A stretch of 62,442 bases of DNA, counting the filler. It is 7 parts of 7 records of this genome, joined end to end, with 100 filler letters (N's around TTAATTAATTAA, not from the genome) between each part and the next. Parts side by side here need not be neighbours in the genome. Positions count along the whole stretch, not along the records: positions 33,180 to 41,714 come from SRR20825006_2227; positions 41,815 to 47,243 come from SRR20825006_2233; positions 47,344 to 54,029 come from SRR20825006_2236; 4 more parts are not named here. One strand, 5' to 3'. Shown here piece after piece: positions 37,659 to 48,532 of the stretch; within the stretch, counting starts at the first letter, position 1; every line of letters starts with the position of its first letter. The notes under the pieces are model-generated. The model was not told the origin of the DNA, made no database searches, and saw only the letters and a program-made list of their open reading frames with translations. A program made the position numbers and the translations under genes.

Positions 37659-38665
37659 GCCCAGTTGCCTTTCGACATCAGACCCAGAATCTCAAGCTGT
37701 CTCCAGTTGATGTATTTCTCGGACCATTTGCACCACAGGTCGGGATCGTCCTTCAGGCTTTCGGCATAGGCCTTGTATTCGACCGACGCGCTATAGTGCT
37801 GGCCCCGGCTCAGCTCTTCTGCCGCCTTCGAGGTGAACGTGTCCAGAAACTTGGCATGCAGCAGAACGCCGCTGGCCTTTTCGCCGCCCCATTCGTCATA
37901 GACCTGATTCAACCCGCGCGGCAGCAGCATGTGGGTTGAACTGACATAGGCATATCTTTTGTCCCACTTGACCAACGGCACCTTGTTCAGGGCCGGGGCA
38001 TTCTCGGGCTGGTCCGCGAAAAAGACACGGGCGCGCGGACCGCCCTGAATCCACAGGTTTCCGAACAGACGGTTGCGCGACATCGTGTAGTTGCCGCTGT
38101 CGAACCAGCCTGCGATCTCGATCGGGTTCTGTCCCTGCTGATAGGGATGCGCGTCCAGCCGCCCCTTGGGGTACATATCCAGCAACATCGCGCTGAACGA
38201 TTTGATCGACGACGCGTCCAGCCAGTCGGTCAGCGCGCGCAGCGGACGGGTGTCGCAGAACGGGTAGATCAGAAATTCGTCAGGATCGACCGTCAGGCAC
38301 CAATGCCCGTGGGCGTGTTTGATCATCAGCCAGTTCAGCCAATCGACACCAAAGCGGGATTTCTTGTAGCTGGCCCTGGTCTGCCAGACCGAGACATCAG
38401 GCTGGTCGGCCAGATAATCCGCCGAACCGTCGGTGCTGTCATTGTCCACGATCAGGAAATGGTTAACGCCCTGTTCCCGATAATAGTCCAGGAAATACGG
38501 CAGGCGGATTTTTTCGTTCCGCTGTGTCGAGAACAACAGGATATCGTCCGGGCGGATCGTGCCGGTGCGGTCGGCGATACGGGTCAGTTCACGACGTTTG
38601 CGAAAGGCACGGATACGCCAGCGCTTGCGTTGCAACCTCAGTCTGTATGACTGCCAGACACCCAA
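37655..38665 (-). CDS. Glycosyltransferase family 2
   Basis: RNE..RLPYFL.YY, VDNDSTDGS, VDPDEFL. Confidence 0.88.
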   Translation of the reverse strand: MGVWQSYRLRLQRKRWRIRAFRKRRELTRIADRTGTIRPDDILLFSTQRNEKIRLPYFLDYYREQGVNHFLIVDNDSTDGSADYLADQPDVSVWQTRASYKKSRFGVDWLNWLMIKHAHGHWCLTVDPDEFLIYPFCDTRPLRALTDWLDASSIKSFSAMLLDMYPKGRLDAHPYQQGQNPIEIAGWFDSGNYTMSRNRLFGNLWIQGGPRARVFFADQPENAPALNKVPLVKWDKRYAYVSSTHMLLPRGLNQVYDEWGGEKASGVLLHAKFLDTFTSKAAEELSRGQHYSASVEYKAYAESLKDDPDLWCKWSEKYINWRQLEILGLMSKGNWA

Positions 38666-38713
38666 AGTTTCTGCCCTTTCCCCGCCGGATAAAATCCGGC
38701 CCTCAACCGCTTA

Positions 38714-39916
38714 TCATAGCGACCTTAACACGGTGTTGAAGTGTTGGGACCAGCCGGGAGCCTGGAATTGAACCTTTTCCCGCCCCTGTTGCCCTGCTTC
38801 TGCCATGTCTTTTAACGTCTTTTCCCACAGATACCGATCATGTGCGGGCAGGTAAACGGGAATATTTCCAAGGATTTCGCGGATCACTGGCAAATCGTTC
38901 GCCACGACGGGCACACCCAGCGCCGCCGCCTCGACAGGCGGCAGGCCATAGCCTTCGGCAAAACTGGGGAAAACCAGCCCGCAGGATCCCGCAATCAGCG
39001 CCGCAACAGCGCCATCCGAAAGACCTGCGCGCTCGATCACGCGGGTGTCGGTGCGGCCATCCAGCCGGGCGAAAACCGCTGCATTGTTCCACCCGCGCGC
39101 GCCGCAAATCAACAGCGTCGGGGCATCTGCGCCCATCGCGTCCCAGACATCCAGCAACAGCGCGTGGTTCTTGCGCGGCTCGATGGTGCCGACGCTGATG
39201 AAATAGGGACCGGACGGCGGCAGGTCGTCGGGCAGCATGTCGGGCTGGGGCGTGGTCAGGTCCGTCCCCAGATGGGCGACAATCCCTTCGGGCACCGTCC
39301 CCCACTGGGCCATCACCTGCCCTGCGCGGTGCAATGTGTCGGCCGAGTTGCAAATGATCACGTCGGCACAGGCCTGCACCCGCCGCATCTTGGCGCGAAA
39401 GGGCTCGACCGTTTCAGGGCGCTGGAACTGCGGGAACTCCAGCGGGATCACGTCGTGGACAAAGACACCGATGCGCCCGCCCAACCCTTGCGCCGCCTGC
39501 AACACGCGGTCGGTCAGGTTGGAATGGCCGGTGTTCAGATAGGTCGTGCCCTGCGGCAGATGCTTGCGCAGCATTGCCGCCAGCCCGCGCGGCAACGTCC
39601 GCGCCATGGCCAGCCTGCGCACGTCCGTTTGCGCCGCCTGTTGCACCGCTGTCTGCCCCCGCGCCAGCCGTGACAAAAGGTCGGGTCTGGCCCAGGGCAC
39701 AGAACCCTCAATCCGCAATACCAGCGACGCCATGCCCGCACGGTCCAGCAGAACATAGCCCAGGGGCGTTCGGACAAGCGCAAAGGCAGGCACATCATCC
39801 GCCACCAGCCTGCGCAGATAGGCCATCTCGACCCGGTCCACGCCCGTCAGAACGCGGCCGGCCCGACGCACAAGCCGCGTCAGGTCCAACAGCCGCGCGG
39901 GCGGGTTATTTGTCAA
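38714..39916 (-). CDS. Glycosyltransferase (GT-B, GT4-like)
   Basis: HDVIP, GTIEPRKN, FPSFAEGYGLPPVEA. Confidence 0.9.
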   Translation of the reverse strand: MTNNPPARLLDLTRLVRRAGRVLTGVDRVEMAYLRRLVADDVPAFALVRTPLGYVLLDRAGMASLVLRIEGSVPWARPDLLSRLARGQTAVQQAAQTDVRRLAMARTLPRGLAAMLRKHLPQGTTYLNTGHSNLTDRVLQAAQGLGGRIGVFVHDVIPLEFPQFQRPETVEPFRAKMRRVQACADVIICNSADTLHRAGQVMAQWGTVPEGIVAHLGTDLTTPQPDMLPDDLPPSGPYFISVGTIEPRKNHALLLDVWDAMGADAPTLLICGARGWNNAAVFARLDGRTDTRVIERAGLSDGAVAALIAGSCGLVFPSFAEGYGLPPVEAAALGVPVVANDLPVIREILGNIPVYLPAHDRYLWEKTLKDMAEAGQQGREKVQFQAPGWSQHFNTVLRSL

Positions 39917-40892
39917 AGTGGCCAGTTTGATGCCATCTCCAGGCGTCGGCGATCATGGTGTTCAGGTTCGACCGGTCCGGCTGCCACCCCAGTTCTGCCA
40001 CAGCGCGCGTAGACCCCGAGACCAGCTTTGTCGCATCCCCGGCCCGCCGCGCACCCTCGTTGAAGGGCACGGCGCGGTTGGTCACGGCCCGCGACTGGTC
40101 GATCACCTCGCGCACGGAAAACCCGCTGCCGGTGCCCAGGTTGAACACACGGCTGCCCTTGCCGTCCTGCAACCACTTCAGTCCCAGAACATGCGCGTCC
40201 ACCAGATCGCAGACATGCACATAGTCGCGGATACAGGTGCCATCGGGCGTGTCGTAATCGGTGCCAAAGATGGTCAGCGCATCACGCTTGCCGTCGATGG
40301 CGTCCAGCATCAGCGGGATCAGATGCGTCTCGGGCTGGTGAAACTCGCCGACCTCGGCCTCTGGGTCGGCGCCGGCCACGTTGAAATAGCGAAAGATGAC
40401 GTTGCGCAGCCCGTGCGCCGCTTCGAAATCGCGCAGGATGTCCTCGATCGCACGTTTCGACGCGCCATAGGCGTTGATCGGATACTGTGCGCTGTTTTCG
40501 TCCAGCACCACATTGTCCTGATCGCCATAGGTTGCACAGGTGGACGAGAACACAAAGTTCATACAGGCCGCGTCGACCGCCGCCTCGATCAGGTTCAGCG
40601 AACCACCGACATTGTTGTGCCAATAGCGGCCCGGTTGCGACATGCTTTCACCGACCTGGCTGAGGGCGGCGAAATGCATGACGGCCACGGGTTCGTATTT
40701 GGCGAACACTTCGTCCAGCCGCGTCCGGTCCAGCAGATCGCCACGTTCGAAGGGCCCGAATTTCACCGCGTCCTGCCAGCCGGTCACCAGATTGTCGAAC
40801 GTCACAGGCACATAACCCGCACGGCGCAACGCCTTGCAGGCGTGCGCGCCAATATAGCCCGCCCCGCCTGTTACCAATACGTGATTGTCCAC
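39906..40892 (-). CDS. galE: UDP-glucose 4-epimerase
   Basis: TGGAGYIG, FSSTCATYG, YGASK, RYFNVAGA, DGTCIRDYVHV. Confidence 0.96.
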   Translation of the reverse strand: MDNHVLVTGGAGYIGAHACKALRRAGYVPVTFDNLVTGWQDAVKFGPFERGDLLDRTRLDEVFAKYEPVAVMHFAALSQVGESMSQPGRYWHNNVGGSLNLIEAAVDAACMNFVFSSTCATYGDQDNVVLDENSAQYPINAYGASKRAIEDILRDFEAAHGLRNVIFRYFNVAGADPEAEVGEFHQPETHLIPLMLDAIDGKRDALTIFGTDYDTPDGTCIRDYVHVCDLVDAHVLGLKWLQDGKGSRVFNLGTGSGFSVREVIDQSRAVTNRAVPFNEGARRAGDATKLVSGSTRAVAELGWQPDRSNLNTMIADAWRWHQTGHFDK

Positions 40893-40911
40893 TTGCAGCC
40901 CCCGGTCCGCG

Positions 40912-41714
40912 TTACTCTGCGGCCTTCTCCATATTCACAATGTCACGGATATAGGCCGACAGGTCGTCCCGCAACTCTTCGCGCGCCAGACCGAAGGACA
41001 CCGTGGCCTGAAGGAAACCGGATTTGGACCCGCAATCGAAACGCTGCCCGCTGAAGCGATAGCCATAAACCGCCTGATCCTGCGCGATTTCCTCGGCAAT
41101 CGCATCGGTCAGCTGGATTTCACCACCGGCACCGGATTTCATCCGGTTCAGGTTGGTCAGCACGTTGGGCGACAGGATGTAACGTCCGATCACCGCAAGG
41201 TTCGACGGCGCTGTGCCGGGGGCGGGTTTCTCGACCATGCTCTTGACCTTGACCAGATCGCCCATGTCTTCGCTGACTTCCAGAACACCGTAGGACGACG
41301 CCTTTTCGGGCGGCACTTCCATTGCGGCGACCATGCTGCCGCCCGTTTCGGCATAGGCCTCGACCATCTGCTGCAGGCACGGCTTTTCGGCGGCGATGAC
41401 ATCGTCCGGCAGGATCACGGCAAAGGGTTCATCACCCACCAGCCGACGTGCGCACCAGACCGCGTGGCCCAGGCCCAGCGCCTTGTGCTGACGGATGTAG
41501 GCAATCGCACCGGAATCCATGTTGGTGTCCTTGAGGATATCCAACAGCTCGGTCTTGCCCTTCTTGCGCAGCTCCTGTTCCAGCTGCGGGGCGTGGTCGA
41601 AATAGTCCTCAAGCGCGCCCTTGCCGCGCGAGGTGACAAAGATGAATTCCTTGATACCCGCCGCGCGTGCCTCGTCGATGGCGTATTGGATCAGCGGGCG
41701 GTCGACCAGCGTCA
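40912..41714 (-). CDS. galU: UTP-glucose-1-phosphate uridylyltransferase, 5' truncated
   Basis: RQ..ALGLGHAV, LPDD, VEKP, GEIQLTDA, FDCGSK; frame extends to the gap. Confidence 0.95.
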
Positions 41715-41814
41715 NNNNNNNNNNNNNNNNNNNNNNNNNNNNNNNNNNNNNNNNNNNNTTAATTAATTAANNNNNNNNNNNNNNNNNNNNNNNNNNNNNN
41801 NNNNNNNNNNNNNN
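41715..41814. other. Artificial contig linker
   Basis: 44 N + TTAATTAATTAA + 44 N. Confidence 0.99.
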
Positions 41815-42239
41815 CGAACGGCATTCAGGCGATGGACCTTGTGGCACGCAAGATGATGGACGGCGGCGAAGCGGCGCACGCGCTGATCGACGCCATCGAG
41901 GAACAGGCCGAGGCGGCCCGCGAGCGGTTCCCGCGCATGGGCGAGGCGGTGTGGCAGGCGTCGGAGAACCTGCGCGAGGCGACCGAATGGCTGGTGTCGC
42001 AAAAGGACATGGAAGACCGATTTGCCGGTGCGGTCCCTTACCTGCGCGCCTTTGCGCGGGTGCTGGGCGGTCATTTGCATCTGAAAGCTGCCCTTGCGGA
42101 CGCCGTGGGTGGGCCGCGCGAAAAGCTCGCGCGTTTCTACATCCAGCGTCTGCTGCCCGAGCATGAGGGGCTGCTGGTGCATGCGCAGGCCGGTGCCAAG
42201 GCGCTGATGGCGCTGAGCGCTGACGAGTTGGCCGCCTGA
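41815..42239 (+). CDS. Acyl-CoA dehydrogenase, C-terminal fragment
   Basis: NGIQAMDLV.RK, AGAVPYL, ARFY...LLP. Confidence 0.85.
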
Positions 42240-43282
42240 TGGCCGATGGTGCACCCCAGGGGCTGAGATACCCGTGGCCCGAGCCGCCCGAACATGGCAC
42301 TGCCGTCGAAGTGGCCGAGGGCGTGCTGTGGTTTCGTCTGCCGCTGCCGATGAAGCTGGATCACGTCAATATCTATGCATTGGATGACGGTGACAGCTGG
42401 ACGGTGATCGACACCGGCTTTGACACTGGCAAGACCCGCAGGCTGTGGCAGGACATGATGGCCGGTCCCATGGGTGGCAAGCCTGTGGGCCGCGTGATCG
42501 TCACGCATCATCACCCTGATCACATCGGGCTGGCGGGTTGGTTCCAAAGTGAGTTCGGAGCCGAACTGGTGACAACGCGGACGGCCTGGCTGATGGCGCG
42601 GATGCTGGTTCTGGATGTTCAGGAGACCCCCTTGCCCGAAACGCTGGCGTTCTATCGCAGCGCGGGGATGGACCCGGAACTGTACCAGAAGCGCGCCACC
42701 GAGCGTCCGTTCAATTTTGCCGATGTCGTGGCGCCCATCCCGCTGGGCTATACCCGTATCCAGCAGGGTCAGACGTTCCGCATCGGCGGGCGCACCTGGG
42801 ACATTCACATGGGCAACGGCCATGCGCCGGAACATGCGACATTCTGGAGCCGGGACGACAACCTTGTACTGTCAGGTGACCAGATCCTGTCGTCGATCAG
42901 CCCCAATGTGGGCGTTCATGCGACCGAACCCATGGCCGACCCGATTGGCGAATGGCTGGAGGCTTGCGAGCGGCTGGAGCCGTTGGCGCAGGCGGACCAG
43001 TTGGTTCTGGGCGGGCACAAGCTGCCATTTACCGGACTGCCCACACGGATGCGCCAGTTGATCGACAACCACCACGGCGCGTTGAAACGGCTGTTGGAGT
43101 ATATCGACACACCCAAATCGGCCACCGAATGCTATGCGCCGCTGTTCAAGCGCAAGATAGGCGAGGGCGAATACGGGCTTGCGATGGTTGAAGCCTTTGC
43201 GCATTTATCGCACCTTCACCAGACGGGACTGGCCACGCGCGCGCTGCGCGACGACGGGGCTTTTGTCTTTCAAAAGGCGTAA
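42239..43282 (+). CDS. MBL-fold metallo-hydrolase
   Basis: THHHPDHIG, GHAPEH, SGDQ. Confidence 0.92.
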   Translation: MADGAPQGLRYPWPEPPEHGTAVEVAEGVLWFRLPLPMKLDHVNIYALDDGDSWTVIDTGFDTGKTRRLWQDMMAGPMGGKPVGRVIVTHHHPDHIGLAGWFQSEFGAELVTTRTAWLMARMLVLDVQETPLPETLAFYRSAGMDPELYQKRATERPFNFADVVAPIPLGYTRIQQGQTFRIGGRTWDIHMGNGHAPEHATFWSRDDNLVLSGDQILSSISPNVGVHATEPMADPIGEWLEACERLEPLAQADQLVLGGHKLPFTGLPTRMRQLIDNHHGALKRLLEYIDTPKSATECYAPLFKRKIGEGEYGLAMVEAFAHLSHLHQTGLATRALRDDGAFVFQKA

Positions 43283-43291
43283 GGGGTGACG

Positions 43292-43762
43292 ATGGACGAC
43301 GAGATCAAGACGACCGCCGAGGCGATCGAGGCCGATGTGATGCCACGCCTCTATGAGGTGCACAGCAACCCCGATGCCGCGAATGCCAAGGATCAGCCGG
43401 TCCCCAAGAGCATGACCGGAAAACCGGCCAGCCAGAAAAGCCCGGCGCAATGGGCCTATGAGCGGCTGGCGCTTTACATCAAAAACTTCGAGCAGCAACT
43501 GGACAACGAACACGAGGTCGCTATGGGCTTTGCGGGCGGTGACGCGGGTGTTCTGCGGATCGAGGGGATGGGGTATTTTGACCCGGACGTGATTACCTTT
43601 TACGGCTCTGATCCCACAGGGGCCCGCACACAGCTGATCCAGCATGTAACCCAGCTGAGTGTCCTGCTGCGCGCCCTGCCCAAGGCGGTCGAGCAAGAGG
43701 CCCCCAATCGCATCGGCTTCCGGCTGGCCGAGGCGATGGACGAAGGCACCGAACAGGGCTGA
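43292..43762 (+). CDS. DUF6173-like protein
   Basis: FE..LD.EHEV, GYF.PD.I.FYG, QLIQHV.QL, RIGF. Confidence 0.75.
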   Translation: MDDEIKTTAEAIEADVMPRLYEVHSNPDAANAKDQPVPKSMTGKPASQKSPAQWAYERLALYIKNFEQQLDNEHEVAMGFAGGDAGVLRIEGMGYFDPDVITFYGSDPTGARTQLIQHVTQLSVLLRALPKAVEQEAPNRIGFRLAEAMDEGTEQG

Positions 43763-43864
43763 AGGGGAATGCACCCTGCGCGCCATTGACACCGTGACAG
43801 GGCCAAGCAAATGCAGTAACCAGCGGCCAAAGTGGATCAACCCAGACAAACAGGAGCCTGACCG

Positions 43865-43999
43865 ATGGCAGACTACAAACACGGTGAGATGGACACAAAA
43901 GTGCAAGAAGCCACGTTTAACGGTTTCATGGCATGGACCAAATGGAGCGTTATCGTGATTCTCGCGGTGCTGGTTCTGATGGCGATTTTCATTTCCTAA
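43865..43999 (+). CDS. aa3-type cytochrome c oxidase subunit IV (44 aa; not in the ORF track)
   Basis: AGGAG RBS; MADYKHGEMDTKVQEATFNGFM followed by one TM helix. Confidence 0.88.
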   Translation: MADYKHGEMDTKVQEATFNGFMAWTKWSVIVILAVLVLMAIFIS

Positions 44000-44041
44000 G
44001 CCTTTGACCCTTTTGGCCAAGACCACCGGAGACTGACCCCC

Positions 44042-44641
44042 ATGCGTTCGATCCTGATTGCCCTGTCGCTGATTGCAGGGCTGGCGGGCTGTGCCACGAA
44101 GCCGGTGAACGATTCGCCAGCCGAAGTGATTGCCGCCAGCGCCTATCGCGACCCTTCGGCACCGTCCCTGACGTTGTTGACCGTGGTCAACAACCGCTCG
44201 GGCAGCGGCGGGCATTCGGCATTGGTGGTGAACGGTTCGCAACGGGTGATCTTTGACCCGGCGGGATCGTACAAGCATCCGCGCGTGCCGGAAAAAGGTG
44301 ACGTGCTGTACGGGATCACGCCTGCGGTTCTGCAAAGCTACAAAAGCGCCCATGCGCGCAGCACCTATCATGTGGTCAGCCAGACGGTCCCCGTGACCGC
44401 CGAACAGGCCGAACGGGTGCTGCAACTGGTCCGTGGCTATGGCAACGTCGGTGACGCACGCTGTGCACAGGCGACAACGGATATCCTGACGCAGGTCCCC
44501 GGGTTCCAGGGCATCAAGTCGACGTGGTTCCCGGCCAATCTGATGGAGCAGTTCGGTGCGCTGCCGGGCGTTGTGACTGACAAATATTACGAGAACGACG
44601 AAGGCGATATCGTCGACGGCGTGGCCAATATCCAGCTTTGA
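44042..44641 (+). CDS. Hypothetical lipoprotein
   Basis: Lipobox LAGC; GGHSAL, FDPAGS. Confidence 0.75.
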   Translation: MRSILIALSLIAGLAGCATKPVNDSPAEVIAASAYRDPSAPSLTLLTVVNNRSGSGGHSALVVNGSQRVIFDPAGSYKHPRVPEKGDVLYGITPAVLQSYKSAHARSTYHVVSQTVPVTAEQAERVLQLVRGYGNVGDARCAQATTDILTQVPGFQGIKSTWFPANLMEQFGALPGVVTDKYYENDEGDIVDGVANIQL

Positions 44642-44677
44642 TCTTGTCGGCAGGGCGGTGACGACACCGCCCGCCGC

Positions 44678-45001
44678 TTATCCCGTAACCAGAATATAGA
44701 GCGTCAGCACCGCGGCACCGGACCCGATGGCCGCCAGCACGTTCTTGGTTTTCGCACCCACCGCCACAGCCACCAGCGCCGCCAGCAGCCGACCCGGCTC
44801 GGGTCCGGTGCCTGTCTCATTGGAGAAGGCCACCAGCGGTGTCACCATCGCAGGCAGGATGGCCACCGCCGTATAGCGCAGGTGGCGCAGCAGCCAGGGC
44901 GGCAGGGGGCGGTCCCCGACCAGCCCCAGAAACGAAAAGCGCAGGAAAAAGCTGCCCACGCCGAGCGATATGATGACAATCCACAGGGTCAGGGTGCTCA
45001 T
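44678..45001 (-). CDS. azlD: AzlD-domain membrane protein
   Basis: LRFSF, LRY.AVAILPA; ATGA overlap with azlC. Confidence 0.82.
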   Translation of the reverse strand: MSTLTLWIVIISLGVGSFFLRFSFLGLVGDRPLPPWLLRHLRYTAVAILPAMVTPLVAFSNETGTGPEPGRLLAALVAVAVGAKTKNVLAAIGSGAAVLTLYILVTG

Positions 45002-45705
45002 GTGCGACGCTCCATCCACAGTTCGGCCTGTGCGCCCGCGATCATGCCGGCAGCCCCCGCGATGATCAGCCCCAGCGACCACGGCACAGAGGCGGCAAAC
45101 AGGCTGACGACAACAGCCGTAAAGGCCGCGATGACATGGGGCAGGGTGCGCAGGGCCGGGGCGACCATGGCCAGAAATGCAATCGGCAGGGCGAAATCAA
45201 TGGGGATCTGCGGCGGCAGCGCGCTGCCGATGATGGCACCCGCAAGACTGGCACCATACCAGACCGACATCACCAACAGGCACGTGCCCATGTAATAGCC
45301 CATCCGCTCGGGCACGGTCATCTCCGGCTCGGCCTCGAATTTCTGATGGCTCAGCGCGTAGCTTTGATCGACCAGCAGATAGGCGGCGAAAACCCGCTGC
45401 CACATCGGCGCGCGGCCCAGATAGGGGGTGAGGGCGGCGGAATACATTGCCACCCGCAGGTTGACGGCCAGCGCCGAGATGATGACGACAACGGTGGGTG
45501 CATTTTCCTGCATCAGTTGCAGCGCGGTGAACTGCGCCGCTCCTGCGATCACAGCCAGCGAAAAGGTCATCACCTCGAACAGGTTCAGCCCCGCCTCGGT
45601 GGCGATCACGCCAAAAAGCAGCGCAAAGGGGCCCGCAATAAGGGTAAAGGGCGCGCTGTCGCGGACGCCGCGCCAAAAGGCCGTTTTCGGTGTGGTGGTG
45701 GACAT
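44998..45705 (-). CDS. azlC: AzlC family branched-chain amino acid exporter
   Basis: FGVIA, AGAAQF, VNLR..MYS, LVDQSYA, DFALP. Confidence 0.9.
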   Translation of the reverse strand: MSTTTPKTAFWRGVRDSAPFTLIAGPFALLFGVIATEAGLNLFEVMTFSLAVIAGAAQFTALQLMQENAPTVVVIISALAVNLRVAMYSAALTPYLGRAPMWQRVFAAYLLVDQSYALSHQKFEAEPEMTVPERMGYYMGTCLLVMSVWYGASLAGAIIGSALPPQIPIDFALPIAFLAMVAPALRTLPHVIAAFTAVVVSLFAASVPWSLGLIIAGAAGMIAGAQAELWMERRT

Positions 45706-45751
45706 TGTGAAACCTTAGTGTTGGTCTAGGGTTAACGGGCAAAGACAGGGG

Positions 45752-46642
45752 ATGCAATTGGCGACGCAAGACAATTCAGGCAGTTATCTGATCGCCCCCA
45801 TGCCCGCGCGGGCTGGGCTGACCCGCAACGTGACGGGGCGCGACCACACTGGCGCGCAGGTCGATCTGTCGGTGGTCGAGGAGCGGCCCCTGACGATCTA
45901 TCTGAACGCGCAGGAAATCGTGACCGCGATGACCATCGGCGACTACCCCGAATATCTGGCGCTGGGCTTTCTGCGCAACCAGCGGATGTTGGGCGATGAT
46001 GATGTCGTCACCGGTGTCGATTATGACGAAGAATTGCAAGTGGTGGTGGTGCGCACGGCGCGCCAGACCAACCACGAGGACAAGCTGAAAAAGAAAACCC
46101 GCACTAGCGGTTGCGCCGTGGGCACGGTCTTTGGCGACATGATGGAGGGGCTGGACGGCGTGGTGCTGCCTGCAACCCCCGTGCGCACCTCGTGGCTTTA
46201 TGCGCTGAGTGCCGCGATCAACCGCACGCCCTCGCTGTACCTTGAGGCGGGGGCGATTCACGGCACGGTGCTGTGCCATCAGGACCGCCCGTTGGTCTAT
46301 ATGGAGGACGTGGGGCGGCACAACGCGGTTGATAAAATCGCAGGCTGGATGCTGGACGAAGGCGTGAGCGCCGACGACAAAATCTTGTACACAACGGGGC
46401 GTTTAACGTCCGAAATGGTGATCAAGACCGCGATGATGGGCATCCCGGTGCTGGCGTCCCGCTCGGGGTTCACGGCCTGGGGCGTCGAGATTGCCCAGCA
46501 GGTCGGGCTGACTTTGATCGGCCGGATGCGGGGGCAGCGGTTCGTCTGTCTTGCGGGCGAAGACCGCCTGATCCGTGATGCCGATCCCGCTGCCGTGCAG
46601 GACGAGCCGCGCAAGTCGGGCCGCAAAGGGAGCGAAGGATGA
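45752..46642 (+). CDS. fdhD: Formate dehydrogenase accessory sulfurtransferase
   Basis: E.PLTIYLN, LALGFL, EDVGRHNAVDK, TGRLTSEMV.K. Confidence 0.93.
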   Translation: MQLATQDNSGSYLIAPMPARAGLTRNVTGRDHTGAQVDLSVVEERPLTIYLNAQEIVTAMTIGDYPEYLALGFLRNQRMLGDDDVVTGVDYDEELQVVVVRTARQTNHEDKLKKKTRTSGCAVGTVFGDMMEGLDGVVLPATPVRTSWLYALSAAINRTPSLYLEAGAIHGTVLCHQDRPLVYMEDVGRHNAVDKIAGWMLDEGVSADDKILYTTGRLTSEMVIKTAMMGIPVLASRSGFTAWGVEIAQQVGLTLIGRMRGQRFVCLAGEDRLIRDADPAAVQDEPRKSGRKGSEG

Positions 46643-47243
46643 AGCAACCCTTGGGTGTTATCCTGGCCGGTGGACTGGCCACGCGGATGGGCGGCGGTGA
46701 CAAGGCGCTGTTGCAACTGGGCGGGCAGAGCCTGCTGGAGCGGGTGATTGCGCGGCTGGAGCCGCAGGTGGCGGGGCTGGCGCTGAATTCCAATGGCGAT
46801 GCGGCGCGGTTTGCGGGCTTTGGCCTGCCGGTGGTGGCCGACAGCGTGGGCGGCTTTGCAGGGCCGCTCGCGGGCGTGCTGGCGGGGCTGGACTGGGCCG
46901 CCGATCAGGGCGCCGATGCAATTGTGACCGTGGCTGGCGATACGCCGTTCTTTCCTTGCGATCTGGTGCCGCGTCTGCTGTTGGCCTCCGAAGGGATGGC
47001 CGCCCCGCTGGCGCTGGCCGCGACGCCGCGCGGCGATGCGGACACGCGGTCGATGACGGGTGGGCTGATCCGGCATCCGACGTTCGGGCTGTGGCCCGTG
47101 GCCCTGCGCGATGACCTGCGCGCGGCTTTGCAAGACGGGCTGCGCAAGGTTGTGATCTGGACAGACGCGCACGACGGGCGGTTGGCGGAGTTTCCGGATG
47201 CGGGTGATCCGTTTTTCAACGTCAACACGCCCGAGGATCTGGC
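46639..47243 (+). CDS. mobA: Molybdenum cofactor guanylyltransferase (3' truncated)
   Basis: ILAGG.ATRMGGGDK, GPLAGV, DTPF, FFNVNTPEDL. Confidence 0.95.
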
Positions 47244-47343
47244 NNNNNNNNNNNNNNNNNNNNNNNNNNNNNNNNNNNNNNNNNNNNTTAATTAATTAAN
47301 NNNNNNNNNNNNNNNNNNNNNNNNNNNNNNNNNNNNNNNNNNN
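47244..47343. other. Artificial contig linker
   Basis: 44 N + TTAATTAATTAA + 44 N. Confidence 0.99.
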
Positions 47344-47704
47344 GGCGCTGGAAAGCGTCGGCTACCAGACCCGCGATTTGCTGGAGGCGATGCGCAGCGA
47401 CTGGAGCGCCGGGGAGGGAGATACCGTGCTCCGGGTCGATGGTGGTATGGTTGCGTCGGACTGGACCATGCAGTTCCTTGCCGACATTCTCGGCGCGCCC
47501 GTCGACCGGCCCGTGGTGGCGGAGACCACGGCACTTGGGGCGGCCTATCTCGCCGGGCTCAGGCATGATTATTTTCCGGCTCCGGCCGCGATGGCCGAAC
47601 AATGGGCCCGAGAGCGCCGGTTCGAGCCGAAAATGAGTGGGGAGACCCGCGACGGTCTTTATGCCGGATGGCGTGATGCCGTGCGGCGTACTCTGAGCAG
47701 CTGA
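47344..47704 (+). CDS. glpK: Glycerol kinase, C-terminal fragment
   Basis: [30 protein letters not shown]. Confidence 0.93.
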
Positions 47705-47742
47705 ACGGATTTGGGTCACTGAACAAGGAAACGGGCAGGCGC

Positions 47743-48384
47743 ATGACAACAGGCAGTGACGGCACGGCCGTGACCGGGGCGGACAGGCCGCTGGCGCTGA
47801 CCAGCCTCTTGGTCGCCATTGTCTGCCTCTGGTCTTATCTGGACGCACGCGATCCGCTGACCTGGTGGATGGAGGCGGCGCCTGTATTGCTTGTCTATCC
47901 GCTGCTCTGGGCCGTCAGGAAGCGGTTCAGGACGACCGGGCTGCTTACCCTGCTGATTGCCGTGCATGCGGTGATTTTGCTGGTCGGCGCGCACTACACT
48001 TACGCGGAGGTGCCGCTGTTCGACTGGGTGCGCGATGCCTTCGGCTTCGATCGAAATCATTATGACCGCGTAGGCCATCTGGCACAGGGTTTCATCCCGG
48101 CCATCGCCATTCGGGAGCTGTTGCTCCGGACCTCGCCGCTGCGTCCCGGCCGCTGGCTGTTCGCGATCATCCTGTTCAGTGTTCTTGGCGTCAGCGCGAC
48201 ATATGAGCTGATCGAGTGGCTGGCGGCGGTTCTGGTTGGACAGGGAGCGGACGCGTTTCTGGGAACGCAAGGGGACCCATGGGATACCCAGACGGATATG
48301 GCTCTGGCCGGACTGGGCGCGATTCTGGCGCAGATATCTCTGGGACGGGTCCACGATCGGCAGCTCAAGCGGGGTGCGCTGTAA
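47743..48384 (+). CDS. DUF2238 (YjdF-like) membrane protein
   Basis: TWWME, GAHYTYA.VP, RNHYDR.GH, YELIEW, FLGTQGD.WDTQ.DM. Confidence 0.9.
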   Translation: MTTGSDGTAVTGADRPLALTSLLVAIVCLWSYLDARDPLTWWMEAAPVLLVYPLLWAVRKRFRTTGLLTLLIAVHAVILLVGAHYTYAEVPLFDWVRDAFGFDRNHYDRVGHLAQGFIPAIAIRELLLRTSPLRPGRWLFAIILFSVLGVSATYELIEWLAAVLVGQGADAFLGTQGDPWDTQTDMALAGLGAILAQISLGRVHDRQLKRGAL

Positions 48385-48532
48385 CCCTTTGATTTAATTT
48401 CATCCTAAAACACTTATAAATGGCCCGGTTTGACCCCTTGGGCTAGTTTGCCGGGAAGGCGTGCGGTGCGGAACCCAGAGAACGGTCATTCGCGAGGAAA
48501 TTCAGGTTGCGTGTGATACGCGGAGAGTACCG

